DNA of 64,000 nt from NCBI RefSeq assembly GCF_009914755.1, contig NC_060937.1; one strand, given 5' to 3'. Below the pieces are notes generated by a model. It did no database searches and was not told where the DNA came from. It worked only from the letters and a program-made list of their open reading frames with translations. Positions within the stretch are counted from its first letter, which is position 1; every line of letters begins with the position of its first letter. The position numbers and the translations under genes were made by a program. The DNA is from the human T2T-CHM13v2.0 reference genome, Homo sapiens. Below are positions 12,856 through 25,135 of the stretch, piece after piece.

Positions 12856-13474
12856 TTGTTATGTGTCAATATAGCTCATCTGAAATTATGTTTCCCAAAA
12901 TTCTCTTTCTCATGTGCTGCTTGCCTGGGATTGTCATGAGAGAAATCTGTGCAATATTTGGAAGGTGAAAAATGAAACAGCCACTGTGTTTATACTGGGA
13001 AGTCTGTACAGAGCTAGACACTCTTGCAGCTCATGCAGGTTGTTATCTATCAACTGGCTCATGTTGTTGGTATGTGGTAGCAGGTCTTCCAGCTTCTTCT
13101 GGGTCACTCTCTCCTGCTCCTTTGACTATTGGGACAGTTGAAAAGGAACGACCTTCTCCTATAGGTCACTCATATATAGACATTAGAAGCTTAGATATGG
13201 CAAGAGACTAACTTGGTTTCAATTAATGTGTGGGTTCTAGCTTGTCTTCATGGACTCCAGTTTTTCCTGAGTCTTCTCTACCATCTGATCATCCTCCTCC
13301 CTAACTGCCTGCACTCCTGATGCAGGTGCTTCCCAGTGCTGTACCAGACTCTGACTCAACAGAAGTAATAAACTCCCTAACTACCACAATTATGTAATCA
13401 AAGCCACATAATAATTATTTTATTTGACATCACTTCTAGTGGTTCTGTTTCTTTGATAACATCACGTCTGGTAC
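12856..13474 (+). mobile_element. ERVL 3' LTR (MLT2E/F- or LTR52-like)
   Basis: TGTGTCAA...TGTTTCCCAAAATTC start; AGTGGTTCTGTTTCTTTGAT...GGTACA end; preceded by an ERVL-int 3'-end-like GGATGTCAAGTT. Confidence 0.6.
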
Positions 13475-14035
13475 AAATAAAAAGAAAAATATACAATACT
13501 CAGGAGATACATTTTGTTACTTGATGAATATATCAAGAAGCCTCTTAGTAAGCTAGAAATGGAAAATGACTTTCTTAATTTGCTAAAGAGTATTTCTAAA
13601 TTATCTCCACTATACATCATATTTAACAATGAAAAGTTGAAAATGTTCATTGTGAGATCAAGAATAAAACAAACATGCTTACTATTACCAACTTTATTAG
13701 TCATATTATTGGAAATCCTAGCTAGTATGATAAAAAAAGAAAATATAAATTATAAGATTTGGAAAAGAAGAAAACACTGATTATTTTGAGATGACTTAAT
13801 GTGTACGTAGAAAATCTGAGATAATCTAGAGAGAAATTCTTTTAGTTTAAAAGATAAATTTGTCAGGGAACTATATACAGAAACAATTAAAAATATAATT
13901 ATATTTTTATATGTTGAAAATGAAAATTAAAAAGTAAAATTTAAAGACTGTTAGCATTTATAGTAGTTTGAGAAAACTTCAGTTACCTAGGAATAAGACT
14001 GATGAAAAATGTGCAAAATTTCTACTTTAAGTGAA
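13475..14035 (+). mobile_element. old L1M ORF2 (RT region) fragment
   Basis: ORF 13514..13780 aligns by eye to L1 ORF2 KTLNKLGIDG...[35 protein letters not shown]; FADD relic TTTGAGATGAC. Confidence 0.85.
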
Positions 14036-14067
14036 TACGAGGATTTTGTGATATTTATGTATGGCAA

Positions 14068-14480
14068 TGCATTAGTTTGCTTGTGCTGTCATGACAAAAT
14101 CCCACAGACTGAGTGGCTTAAGCAATGAAACATTTATTGTCTCACAGTTGCAGAGGCTAGAAGTTTAAGTTCAAGATACATGACTGGTTTTTGGTGAGGC
14201 TTCTCTTTCTGGCATGTAGATAGCCACCATCTCATTGTGCATCACATAGTCTGTCCTCTGCTTTTGCAGAGAAAGAGAGAGAGAGAGAGAGAGATCTATC
14301 TGGTGTCTCTTCCTCTTCTTATAAGGCCACAAATGCTATCTAACTAGGGACCCACCCCAATGACCTCATTTAACCTTAACTACCTCACTAAAGACCCCAC
14401 CTTTAAATACAGTGACATTGAGGGTTAGGGCTTTAACATATAAATTTGAGGAAGGGTGGGGAAGAGTTCAGTTTATAACA
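14068..14480 (-). mobile_element. MaLR LTR (MLT1A0/MLT1B-like) with an internal (GA)n
   Basis: CACAGACTGAGTGGCTTAA, ATGACCTCATTTAACCTTAA, ends TTCAGTTTATAACA. Confidence 0.85.
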
Positions 14481-14494
14481 GTGAGTGTTCATTC

Positions 14495-14970
14495 CTACAC
14501 TATTCATAGTAGCCAAAAATGTGAGATAACATAAACAACCAATAGTAAAATGAATAATTATATTGTGATATTTTCTTAATATAGACTATGGGATACTATA
14601 TAGCAATAAGAAAGTAAGAAATTTTGCTACATATAATGCATGCATGAATGAATGCTACCAGCCTCCTGTTGAGTTAAAGAAGCCAGACACTAAATAGTAA
14701 ATTTACATGTATGATTCCATTTATATAATGTTCATAAATAGACAAACGTAATCTAATATGATGACAGAAGTCAGCATATCAATAAACTTTGTAGGGGACA
14801 CATTAACTAAAAAGAAATGAGAATACTGGGTATTACTAATGTTCCACTTCTTCATCTGTACTGTGGTTACACAGATGTGCTCACTAGGTAAGCGTTCATT
14901 TAGTTACACTCATGAGTTATTTATTTTTTGATATCCATGTTTGAAATGTATTTCAATAAAAAAGTCACTT
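14495..14970 (+). mobile_element. L1ME 3' end fragment
   Basis: TATTCATAGTAGCCAAAAA, AAGAAGCCAGACAC, TGTATGATTCCATTTATAT, terminal AATAAAA. Confidence 0.8.
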
Positions 14971-14981
14971 TAAAATGAAAA

Positions 14982-15258
14982 GGCTGGGTGCGGTGGCCCA
15001 GCACTTTGGGAAGCTGAGGTGGGTGGATCACCTGAGGTCAGGAGTTCAAGACCAGCCAGGACAACATGACAAAACCCCATCTCTACTAAAAATACAAAAA
15101 ATTAGCTGGGCGTGGTGGCAGGCACCTGTAATTCCAGTTACAAGGGAAGCTGAAACAGGAGAATTGCTTGAGGGGGAGGTTGCAGTGAGCCAAGATTGCC
15201 CTATTACACTCCAGCCTGGGTGACACAGCGAGATTCTGTCTCAATAAATAAATAAATA
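14982..15258 (+). mobile_element. AluSx-like SINE with two small internal deletions
   Basis: Alu dimer with TSD TAAAATGAA on both sides. Confidence 0.93.
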
Positions 15259-16994
15259 TAAAATGAACAGTAAAAATTAGGAAAATATCACTCACATGAA
15301 AGCAACTAGTTCTGTTGTCATTGAAATTCTGGTTTCAATTGAGTCAAGTTAATAATAAAATAAAATCACTGCATGAAATTTAATACTAAGGGGGCATCAA
15401 ATTGAAAATAAAATAGAACCAAACATCAACAAGAAAAATTTTAGTGTGCCATCCACTACTTTCCCTTTCAGGGGACACTTCTCAAAACATTACCTTGCTA
15501 TATGCACTTTCTTACAACATTTTTACAAAAAATATGTTCACTGTCTCCAAACTATACTGCTGCATTCTGTTCCCCAAGAGATGCTTAACATTTTTACATC
15601 ATGTCTTTTTATTATTGTTATTATTGAAAGTAGTCTTTCTCTCCATCTGTGTTTTCAGAAAGTTATCTAATCTTCAAAACTCAGATACATAGCTTCATTC
15701 TCTCTAAAGCCTTCTGTCATCATCTCAGCCAGAAGACAACATTCACAGATCTCTGTGACGCTTACTGGAATGAGCTTGGTAGTACAAGTGTTTTTAATTT
15801 GTCTAGCATATATCATTTTACTACATATAAAACTAAAATGTTATATGTTTTTGAAGTCATTGTTGTTATCCCTTTACTATCATGACTACATAGTAATAAT
15901 TGTAATAAAAAATAGCTTTTCTATTTAAGTTGTTAACATGAATTAGTTACATTTTGAACATACAATAACTTTATAATTGAAACAGAAAATCCCTTAGGGA
16001 ATGTCACAGAAGGTAGATACATTTTAGTTGAATGTTTCCGTGTGTTGACAATTTTAAAATATGTAACAGCTACTTAAGAATGGTCTAGAGGACCTTAGAT
16101 CTCTAAGAATAAAGGTTGTCAAAAGGATACCAAATTAGAAATGAGAAAATACTGAGTGTAACTTGGCCACATAGATGTACATTTATTTCTGGAGCTTGCT
16201 CTGTTTTTGCTTAATGTTGAGATCAGGTAGTTCTGAATTTTCTGCCTTGTACTTATGTCAAAAATAATTAAGTCAAATTTGCTTCTTGAGTCTTTTAAAG
16301 CATGTGCTAAATTTATTTTATTAGCTCACACACACTGTAAGATAGATTCAATGAGGTTTATGTGATATTACGTTAGTACATAAAATTGTCTAGTTTTACA
16401 GACTGGTTACTCTAATATCTAAAAGAAATCAGCTTTTTCAAATGGCATGCCTAAGTCAAATGAATAAAGAGAATGGTTTTGTGATCTTTCCTTACCAAGT
16501 GAGAAGAAATAGGATATTTACTTACTTCTAAGTACATGAACACCAAATATGCTTTTTAAAAAAGTGTTTTATAAATGGTCCAGAGAAAGAATCTAATGCA
16601 CATAATAAATACTTTCAACTAATGAGGAAATTTCAAAACTGTTCAGTAATTTGTGCTCTGGGCTTCTCACATGATGAAAGCTGAGTATTCTGGAAAGTAG
16701 AACACTGGGACTCTAACATTCCACCCTAACACTCTAAATAAGGCTCCTAAATCATAAATTGACATAATATTTCTTATGAAAGAAATATCAACTTTTTAAA
16801 AAGTCATTTGGAGTTTAAAAAGCATGTTCCTTTCTCTAATTTGTAATTTATCATCAACTTTACAAAATTTGAAGTTATTTTATTTAATGTAATAAACAAC
16901 TTCCTGCACACTCAGTTTTCATCTTTATTGCCCATAGCAATAGTAATGTAATAAGGAGATGTACAATTTCCAGACAGATAAATATGGATTTTTT

Positions 16995-17359
<365 letters not shown>

Positions 17360-17602
17360 TTACTATGCACATTCTATGTGTCTTGTCTAATAATGCTGGC
17401 TACATCTGTGCTCAGAGAGTTGTATGTACAGACACGTGTGAAATAAAACAATTCAATAATTTAATTTAATCTGTGTAGACTTTTTTATATACTTCAAGTT
17501 TTATATAGACTTTTAGACATCAAATTTTATTTAAAGTTAGAGAAAACTTAGAGAAACAGCAGAGGAAGTGCATGTATACTTGTCAAAGAAAACGTCATTT
17601 AA

Positions 17603-17920
17603 GGCTGGGCACAAGGGCCCACACCTGTAATCCCAGCACTTTGGAAGGCCAAGGAGGGAGAATCAGGAGGTCAGGAGATTGAGACCATCCTGGCTAACAC
17701 AGTGAAACCCCGTCTCTACTAAAAATACAAAAAAAAAAAAAAAAATTAGCCAGGCGTGGTGCCTGGCACCTGTAGTCCCAGCTACTCGGGAGGCAGAGAC
17801 AGAGAATGGCGTGAACCCGAGAGGCGGAGCTTGTAGTGAGCTGAGATCGCACCACTGCACTCCAGCCTGGGTGACAGAGCGAGACTGTCTCAAAACAAAA
17901 ACAAAACAAAACAAAAAAAA
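17603..17920 (+). mobile_element. AluY SINE
   Basis: Y diagnostics GAGACCATCCTGGCTAACAC, GAATGGCGTGAACCC, GGAGCTTG; (CAAAA)n tail. Confidence 0.93.
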
Positions 17921-18048
17921 TTCCAACTAGGGAAGAACCTAATTAACATTTAACAAGCTCTACACAAAAGTCATAAAATAAAATACAGTTGAATAGAAGA
18001 GATAAGGAAAGGCAGGGTGTTATCTATTAATTTCACTTATGAACATAG

Positions 18049-18857
18049 TGTTACCTGCAGGTCTTTTTTCTTAGAGTTCCCAAGATGGTGGCAGGCTGCT
18101 CCCAAGGGCGCTGCTCCCAAGATGGCGGGAAGCCTTTTGTTCTCTGACCTGGGGTTCTTGGCCTCACAGATTCCAAGGAATGGAACCTTGGGCCATGCGG
18201 TGAGTGTTATAGCTCTATTAGAAACCGTGGGTCACAGAAGAGAACTGTGGAACCCAGCAACTAGTGTTCAGCTTGATTAGGATGAACCCGGGCACTTAGC
18301 CGTGCAGGAACAACGGCGAGCCTCTAGCCCCATTAGGAACGGCAATGGGCGCCTCCTGGATCAGAAGCGTAGGAGACACGCTGCTGGATCTGGTGGGGTG
18401 GAAGTCAGCAGCGGGTCTGCAAGGGCAGTGATCAGCAGTGGTGGACGGCGACTGAAAGCTCAGCTCGAGCCAGAACAAGCCAGAACAAAAACGGACTAGA
18501 AGAGTGTGAAGTTGCAAGATTTAACAGAGTGAAAACAGAGCTCCCACACAATGGGAGGGGACCCAAAGCGGGTTACAGCTACTGGATCGAATAATGCCTG
18601 GGTTTTTATCCCGATCATTGTCCCTCCCGCTGTGCTCTCAGGCGATAGATGATCTGATTATTTCTTTACCCCCTGCTTTTAGCCTAACTGGTATTTTAGT
18701 GAGCTTTCTTTACTACCTGATAGGCTGGGTGTGAGCTGAGTTACAAGCCCCGTGTTTAAAGGTGGGTGCAGTCACCTTCCCCAGCTAGGCTTAGGAATTC
18801 TTAGTCGGCTTAGGAATTCTTATTCAGCCTAGGAAATCCAGCTAGTCCTATCTCTCA
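18049..18857 (-). mobile_element. LTR17 (HERV-W) solo LTR
   Basis: rc begins TGAGAGATAGGACTAGCTGGATTTCCTAGG and ends GGTAACA; full U3-R-U5; perfect 4-bp TSD ATAG (18045-18048 / 18858-18861). Confidence 0.97.
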
Positions 18858-18928
18858 ATAGCGTAACCTTTGATGAAGAGGTGGACAATATTTTTAAAAA
18901 CTTTGTGGTATACAACTTTAATGGGGTT

Positions 18929-19684
18929 TGTTGACGAAAAGAGTCAAACTCTATAAAATATTTTAAGAGATTTATTCTGAGCAAAATATGAGTGACCATG
19001 GCCCGTGACACAGCCCTCAGGAGGTCCTGAGAACATGTGCCCAGGGTCGTCAGGGTACAGCTTTGTTTTATCTGTTTTAGGGAGGCATGAGATATCAATC
19101 AAATATATTTAAGCAGTACATCGGTTTGGTTCAGAAAGGAGGGACAACTCAAAGACTTCCACGCTATAGGTAAATTTAAACATTTTCTGGTTGACAATTG
19201 GTGAGTTTGTCTAAAGACCTGGGATTGATAGAGAGTAACGTTCAGGTTAAAGATAAAGGATTGTGGAGACCAAGTTTTATTGTGCAGAAGAAGCTCTCAG
19301 ATAGCAGACTTCAGAGAGAGCAGATTGTAAATTGTTTCTTATTGGACTTAAAAAGGTGCCTGGCTCTTAGTTGATTATCTCCTGGATCTGGAAAGAAAGG
19401 AAAGAAAAGAAAAGGGGAAAGGGATTCTCTATAGAATGTGGATTTTTTTTTCCCCCAAGAGACTTTGCAGGGCAATTTCAAGGTATGGCAAGGAAGTATA
19501 TTTTGGGGTTAAATATTTTTTTCTTGTCTCATAATGTTATGCCAGAGTCGGATTGAAAACTAAGTCACAATATATAGGGTCAAATAAAATCCATCTGATG
19601 AGAATTTATGGTTTGTAGGGCATGGCTCCTTAGACCCCTTAGGTAGGAATTTGGGTAAGATAAAATATCAGAGCTTAGTCCTCA
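18929..19684 (-). mobile_element. MER4 group (MER4D/E-like) ERV1 solo LTR
   Basis: rc begins TGAGGACTAAGCTCTGAT and ends TTTTCGTCAACA; perfect 4-bp TSD GGTT (18925-18928 / 19685-19688). Confidence 0.92.
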
Positions 19685-20347
19685 GGTTATTCACACACAG
19701 GGACTATCAGGAGGTTGGAAGAGAAATTTATGAGTGTGGGAGTAGGAAGAAGAGCACCCCTCTTTTTTTTTTTTTTTTTTTTTCCTGACGCAGCCTCTTA
19801 ATTGGGAGAGAGGAGTTCTGGAGGCAAGCATATTTGGCAGCTCCAGAGTACAGGTGAAGAAAAATAAGGGTTGGCCGGGGGGTGGGGAGGGGAGGAAGAA
19901 GAAGAAAAAGGCCTATAAGTTGACAAATTTATCTTTAACCTTACTTCTCATTTAAGTGATTAACTCACCAAGAAGCAGGAAGAAATTGACATTCACATAG
20001 TAGATATGGCACTGGGTGCCTAAATACATTTACACACCAAAATATTCTCAGGTTATAGCTGTGTTGTTCCAGTTCCCTCTATGAGACCCTCAGGGAATTG
20101 AATAAAACTAAATACCATCAACGCACTACCCTTCAAACGAATTAAAAAGGAACTATTCAGTTAGAGCCTGGAGACAATCAAGGGAGGAAATAAATTCTAC
20201 CCACAAAGACAAAAGGGTATAGCAGGTCCATAATTACCTGTAGAGTAAGATAGCTTTAATGAGATTTGGGGTAATGATACATTAACACAAACAGTTGTCT
20301 AGTTCTGTAGTTTGGTAATTAAGTCAACTTTTAAAATTAGCATAATT

Positions 20348-20640
<293 letters not shown>

Positions 20641-21184
20641 AGAGCATAACTATGTTAAATAAATAAAGGGAATGTCTGGTGATCTCGTGGCAGAAAAAAA
20701 TCACTTAGGGACACTGAAAATATAGATATTATCCTCACATTAGAGATATGGTTACAATGCCAGTGATAAAAATGCATACATTTTCTTAAACTCTTTTTTC
20801 TTTCCAAATTGAAAAAATATCTAAATATTAAAATAATTTTAAAATATTCTAGGTACACTGGACACACAGCCAGGTGGCACAGATTGAGTTTTCTCTTTTC
20901 TGCTTATAAATTCATTGTTATTTTACAAATGAACAGAAAAATCTTATTGAAGGTGCTAGTATATATACGGTAATTAAACTGATTCACTGTTATGGTGATC
21001 CCATAGCTTCGATTTCATAAATGGACTACAGTAATTTAGATCAGAGATTGTCCAGATGAAAGCACGTATTATCCCATACTCTAGGCAGCATAATCATTAC
21101 TTTCTTTGCTACTATTCTGCTCTCTTCTATCTCTTTTTTTTCTACATTTATTTGGCTCTGATCACACTCTCCACACTATCCAGG

Positions 21185-21204
21185 TCTCTCTCTCTCTCTC
21201 TCTC
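21185..21204. repeat. (CT)n microsatellite
   Basis: About 10 TC units. Confidence 0.9.
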
Positions 21205-21587
21205 TTTTTATTCTTCTATGTTCTTTGGTAAATGGAAATTTTCCTAGTTTTCTCCACAATCTCCCAAGGAAATAAGAGACATTAGAAATGTAGTATCAGG
21301 AGTTTGAACATCAGATATTGCTAGATGAGTCTTTAAGAGAAACAAAAAGCCAAACAGATTTACTAAAACTGCTGTCTATAGACTTGATGGAAACCTAGTA
21401 GAAGGCAATTAATTATTTCATAACAAATAAACAACACCCTTCCTAATTCCCTAGTTAGCCATGGTTTAGAACTTCATCTTAAATGTAATCTATTTAAAAG
21501 AATCTGTCTCACTTTCACTAATACAAATTCGTGCAGATAGTTAATTGAAAAAATAACCAATACACCAATTATAAAAATATAATATTG

Positions 21588-21677
21588 TTTATTTTTATTC
21601 CATGTGGTGTATCAGTAAGGATAACTACGCAGCGGTCCTCTAGTTTCTGTGGCAGTAAGCAATCTATACACAGTCAC
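21588..21677 (-). other. candidate terminal exon of a minus-strand transcript
   Basis: T13 tract + accaag|GTG acceptor; 21 sense codons VTVYRLLTATETRGPLRSYPY then TGA; two AATAAA (21599-21594, 21593-21588); G/T-rich sequence downstream. Confidence 0.4.
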
Positions 21678-22983
21678 CTTGGTAAAAAAAAAAAAACTGG
21701 TTATTTTTACAATATATTATGCAATTTCCAGCGCAGGTTGATAATACAGAGATAGAAGAAATGAACAATGATATTTAAGACACTGCCTAATACTTAAAAA
21801 GATTAAATACCAGATGTTAAAAAGGTATCAAATTGAAAATAAAAGAAACTGATATGACCTCTATTGTTTAAGTGGTTCTATTGAATAAAAGCATAAAATG
21901 AGCATCAGAGGCAATTGTTCCCAAGATCAGGTGTAAAATAAAAGGTAAAGTGAAATTTTAAAATCTTTTAACTTAAGTAAAAATCTTCCACTTTTCTAAA
22001 TATCTAAAATGTTTAGTTTTTAAAAGTACACCATTGACAAATTACTCAGAAGTTATTTTCTCCAGAATAAATTTTAATTGTCTAGGTCAGAAGTTAAAAG
22101 ATAAGATTTAAACAAGTTTATGAGTGGAACAATTGAAAGTTGAAAACAAAATATAAATATAATAAAAACAGATTAAGGAAATTTAAAAAGAGAAAAGATG
22201 TGATAAAAGTACTCAGAAAATGTTTTTCTCTTTTTTTATGAGGAAGAGGATTTTCCATTCTTGAGCATTACAATATTTAGATCTAAAAATAATTTTTTCT
22301 CATTAAATGTTACTTGATAGTTTTTTATACTTTTTTTTTCTACTTATCTTGGTTAATACATGTAAATCGATGATTAACATATAAGTCCTAATTAGTTTAC
22401 TATCTAATGAACAATAATGTATAGTTCAATGTTTAATGACATCTTACTTTGAAAGAATATATTACAAGTTTTTAGGAAATTTTCTTTATGCCATATATTT
22501 AAGTAAACCACTAAAAACATCAGTGACTTGGCAATCCTGAAAAATATGTAATGATGTGATACAGCAATCATTCTTAGGAAAAACTAAATGAAAATTTGCA
22601 GTTAGTGGATAATTTCATTATTAAATGAAAATATTTAAATAATCAACATTGCAATAAACAATTATTACATGCCAAATATTTTAAATACATGCTGTGTGAG
22701 GGATGTTTTCCTAATTACATCATTACCGAAATTTCTCAGGTTGCAGTATCTTACACATTAGTAGTAGTACTATATTTCATTTTATTTAAATTTTTAGCTG
22801 CCTTGCAGTTTAAGAAGCACAACTATCTTTGGACTAATGGGATTTAAACAATGAAATGAAATCCCTGACTCTAATGCTTCTTTGCTTGAAATATTCTCTT
22901 TCAGATGATGGCTGAGTGCACCAACTCACTAGGTGCTATTTTTACTTCTATGATTCCATGGTAACAAATTATCTTCATCTTAC

Positions 22984-23023
22984 CCAGGGTTTCTCACATA
23001 AAATCCTCTAAAGTAAGGTTGAT
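22984..23023 (-). other. candidate 40-nt internal exon
   Basis: ttctgtgttattacctacag|ATC...TGG|gtaaga; one open frame xQPYFRGFYVRNPG. Confidence 0.35.
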
Positions 23024-24464
23024 CTGTAGGTAATAACACAGAACCAAGTAAAATGATTTATTTTTGAGAATGAATTAAAATTAAACAACATGCAGTTTGC
23101 CCAGAACCCAAGTAGAGAAAAGAAATAACTCTAAGAGAAAAGTTCTAATACTAAATTTGGTTGGCTTGTACCTGGAGAAACCTAAAGCAGAAATTTCAAT
23201 GCTTCATTTTATATAAACAACTACTTGTTGCCTATACAGTAAGTAAACATACTTATGTTTTTTCAACATATTTGGATGATATAGGTAAATTATTTTACAT
23301 AAAGACTATACATTAAAAAGTAGGAAAAAAGTCTAAATTTTGTACATGTCCCAAATTTAGCATATTTAGAATTACAGTACAATAAAATGTTTTATATGTA
23401 GACTTAACATGAAAATTCTTCAAGTTGAATTCAAAATGAATTCAAATGTTTTATAACAATGGGACCCAAATTTTTTCTGTGAACTCAGTTTTATAGCAAG
23501 ATAAAGCAAAAAGACTATTTTTATTTACACTATATTTAATTTTGCTTTAATGCTTATTTTATAATTTCAGAGAGTTGAGGTAGAATTTATAACTTCTTTT
23601 TATGTCAGAAATTTAAGATAAAGTTATAGTCTGTAATAGTATATTTTAATGTTTGTTATTTCTTTATATGTGTATACATAATTTACTAAATTATTTCTCT
23701 TTCTTTGGATGTATAGGCTATTTCAGTATTTTTCACTTACCAGTAAGATTCTGATGGCTATCTTCTTGAGTATAACTTGAAATTATTATTGTAAGTTATT
23801 GTTCCTATTACAGTGAGATTCTAAGATGTGGGTTATCAGGGTTAACTAACTTGAACACTTAAAATATCTTTCCAGATAATGTTGTATTTATTTTCAGAGT
23901 TTAGAGTACAGGCTGTTTCACAAGTTTAGCCAAGCAAACAAGTTCATAGCAAAGTTTTTGTTCAATATGCTGAAGTCCAACTGCTTAATCTAGCTGGGTG
24001 CTGTACATTGTGATAAAACACAAAACAACCGAGATGAAGCAGGCTGTCACATTCCACCAGACCTTCCCTTCAGTGTTAAAATACACTCATGTCTCATTCT
24101 GGTCACAGTTTAGATGGTGAATGTTCTTTAGGTGGCAGAAGGTTACTTTTCTGGATAAAATAATTCTTAAAAATTATATCTAACTATAATAAAGCTGAAA
24201 TTTTTATGACTTTTCTAATTGTACTCGAGACTAATCAGAAATATATTGGAGAAATTAGTTTGGCATTTTTCCCAGGAGGAATGATAACCATCCGAAAATG
24301 ACATAAACAGCGATACATTGAGACAACAGCACACATGACATGGATTAGAATTTGATCATTTACAAGCAATTCCTAGTAATAGCTTTACAGAAAAAAAAAG
24401 ATAGTTGACATATTCAAAGAACTACATATTATAATAGCTTTTCAGAGGAAAAAAAGCTTGCTTT

Positions 24465-25135
24465 TTAAAAATATGTTTTAATTTTGAAATACTTTTATAT
24501 TTACAGAAGAGTTGCATAGAGAGTACAAAGAGATTCCATATACCTTTCACCTAGCATCACTTAGTGTTAATACCTTATATAATCATGTACTTTTATTAGA
24601 ACTAGGAAATTAACACTAAGTAAATTACACTATATATTAGAGTTCACCAATTTTCCCAATGTTCTTTTTCTTTTCTGGTATCAAACTCATGATACTGTGC
24701 TGCATTTAGTTGTCATGTTTCAGTCTCTTCCAATCTGTGACCATTTTTCCATTTTTTTCTCATTTTTCACGACTTACACTTTTGAAGAAAACTGGTCAGA
24801 TATTTTTTCAGAAGTCCATCAATTTGTGTTTTTCGAATGTTTTCTCGTAATTATACTGAGGTTACGCATTTGGGGCTAGAAACCCGCAGAAGTGATGTGA
24901 TTTTCACATAGCGTCTTAACTGGAGGTACATTTATTTTATAAAAATAATACAGAATAACAAGGAAGACTATACAAGATGGTGAAGTTAACACTGTGGGAC
25001 AAAACTGTCTTTCTTAAATATGATTATTACATTTGAAACCAAAGAATAACTGAAATTAGACAATAAAATAACAAAGGAAAGAATCTGAGTTATTTGTGCT
25101 GATGTATAATGCTGATCACTTGGTTAAGGGGCTCT
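24465..25135 (-). mobile_element. L1MC-type 3' end fragment, interrupted at 24935-25089
   Basis: TTTACAGAAGAGTTGCA, TGCATTTAGTTGTCATGT, CAGAAGTGATGTG, then TGATCACTTGGTTAAGG after the insert. Confidence 0.8.

Noticed and set aside
18017-18517. CpG-rich stretch with overlapping ORFs resembling a CpG-island promoter
   Set aside because: Fully explained by the LTR17 R/U5 region
22952-22965. X-box-like GATTCCATGGTAAC containing a minus-strand accATGG
   Set aside because: The ATG is followed by a stop after three codons; isolated motif with no other support
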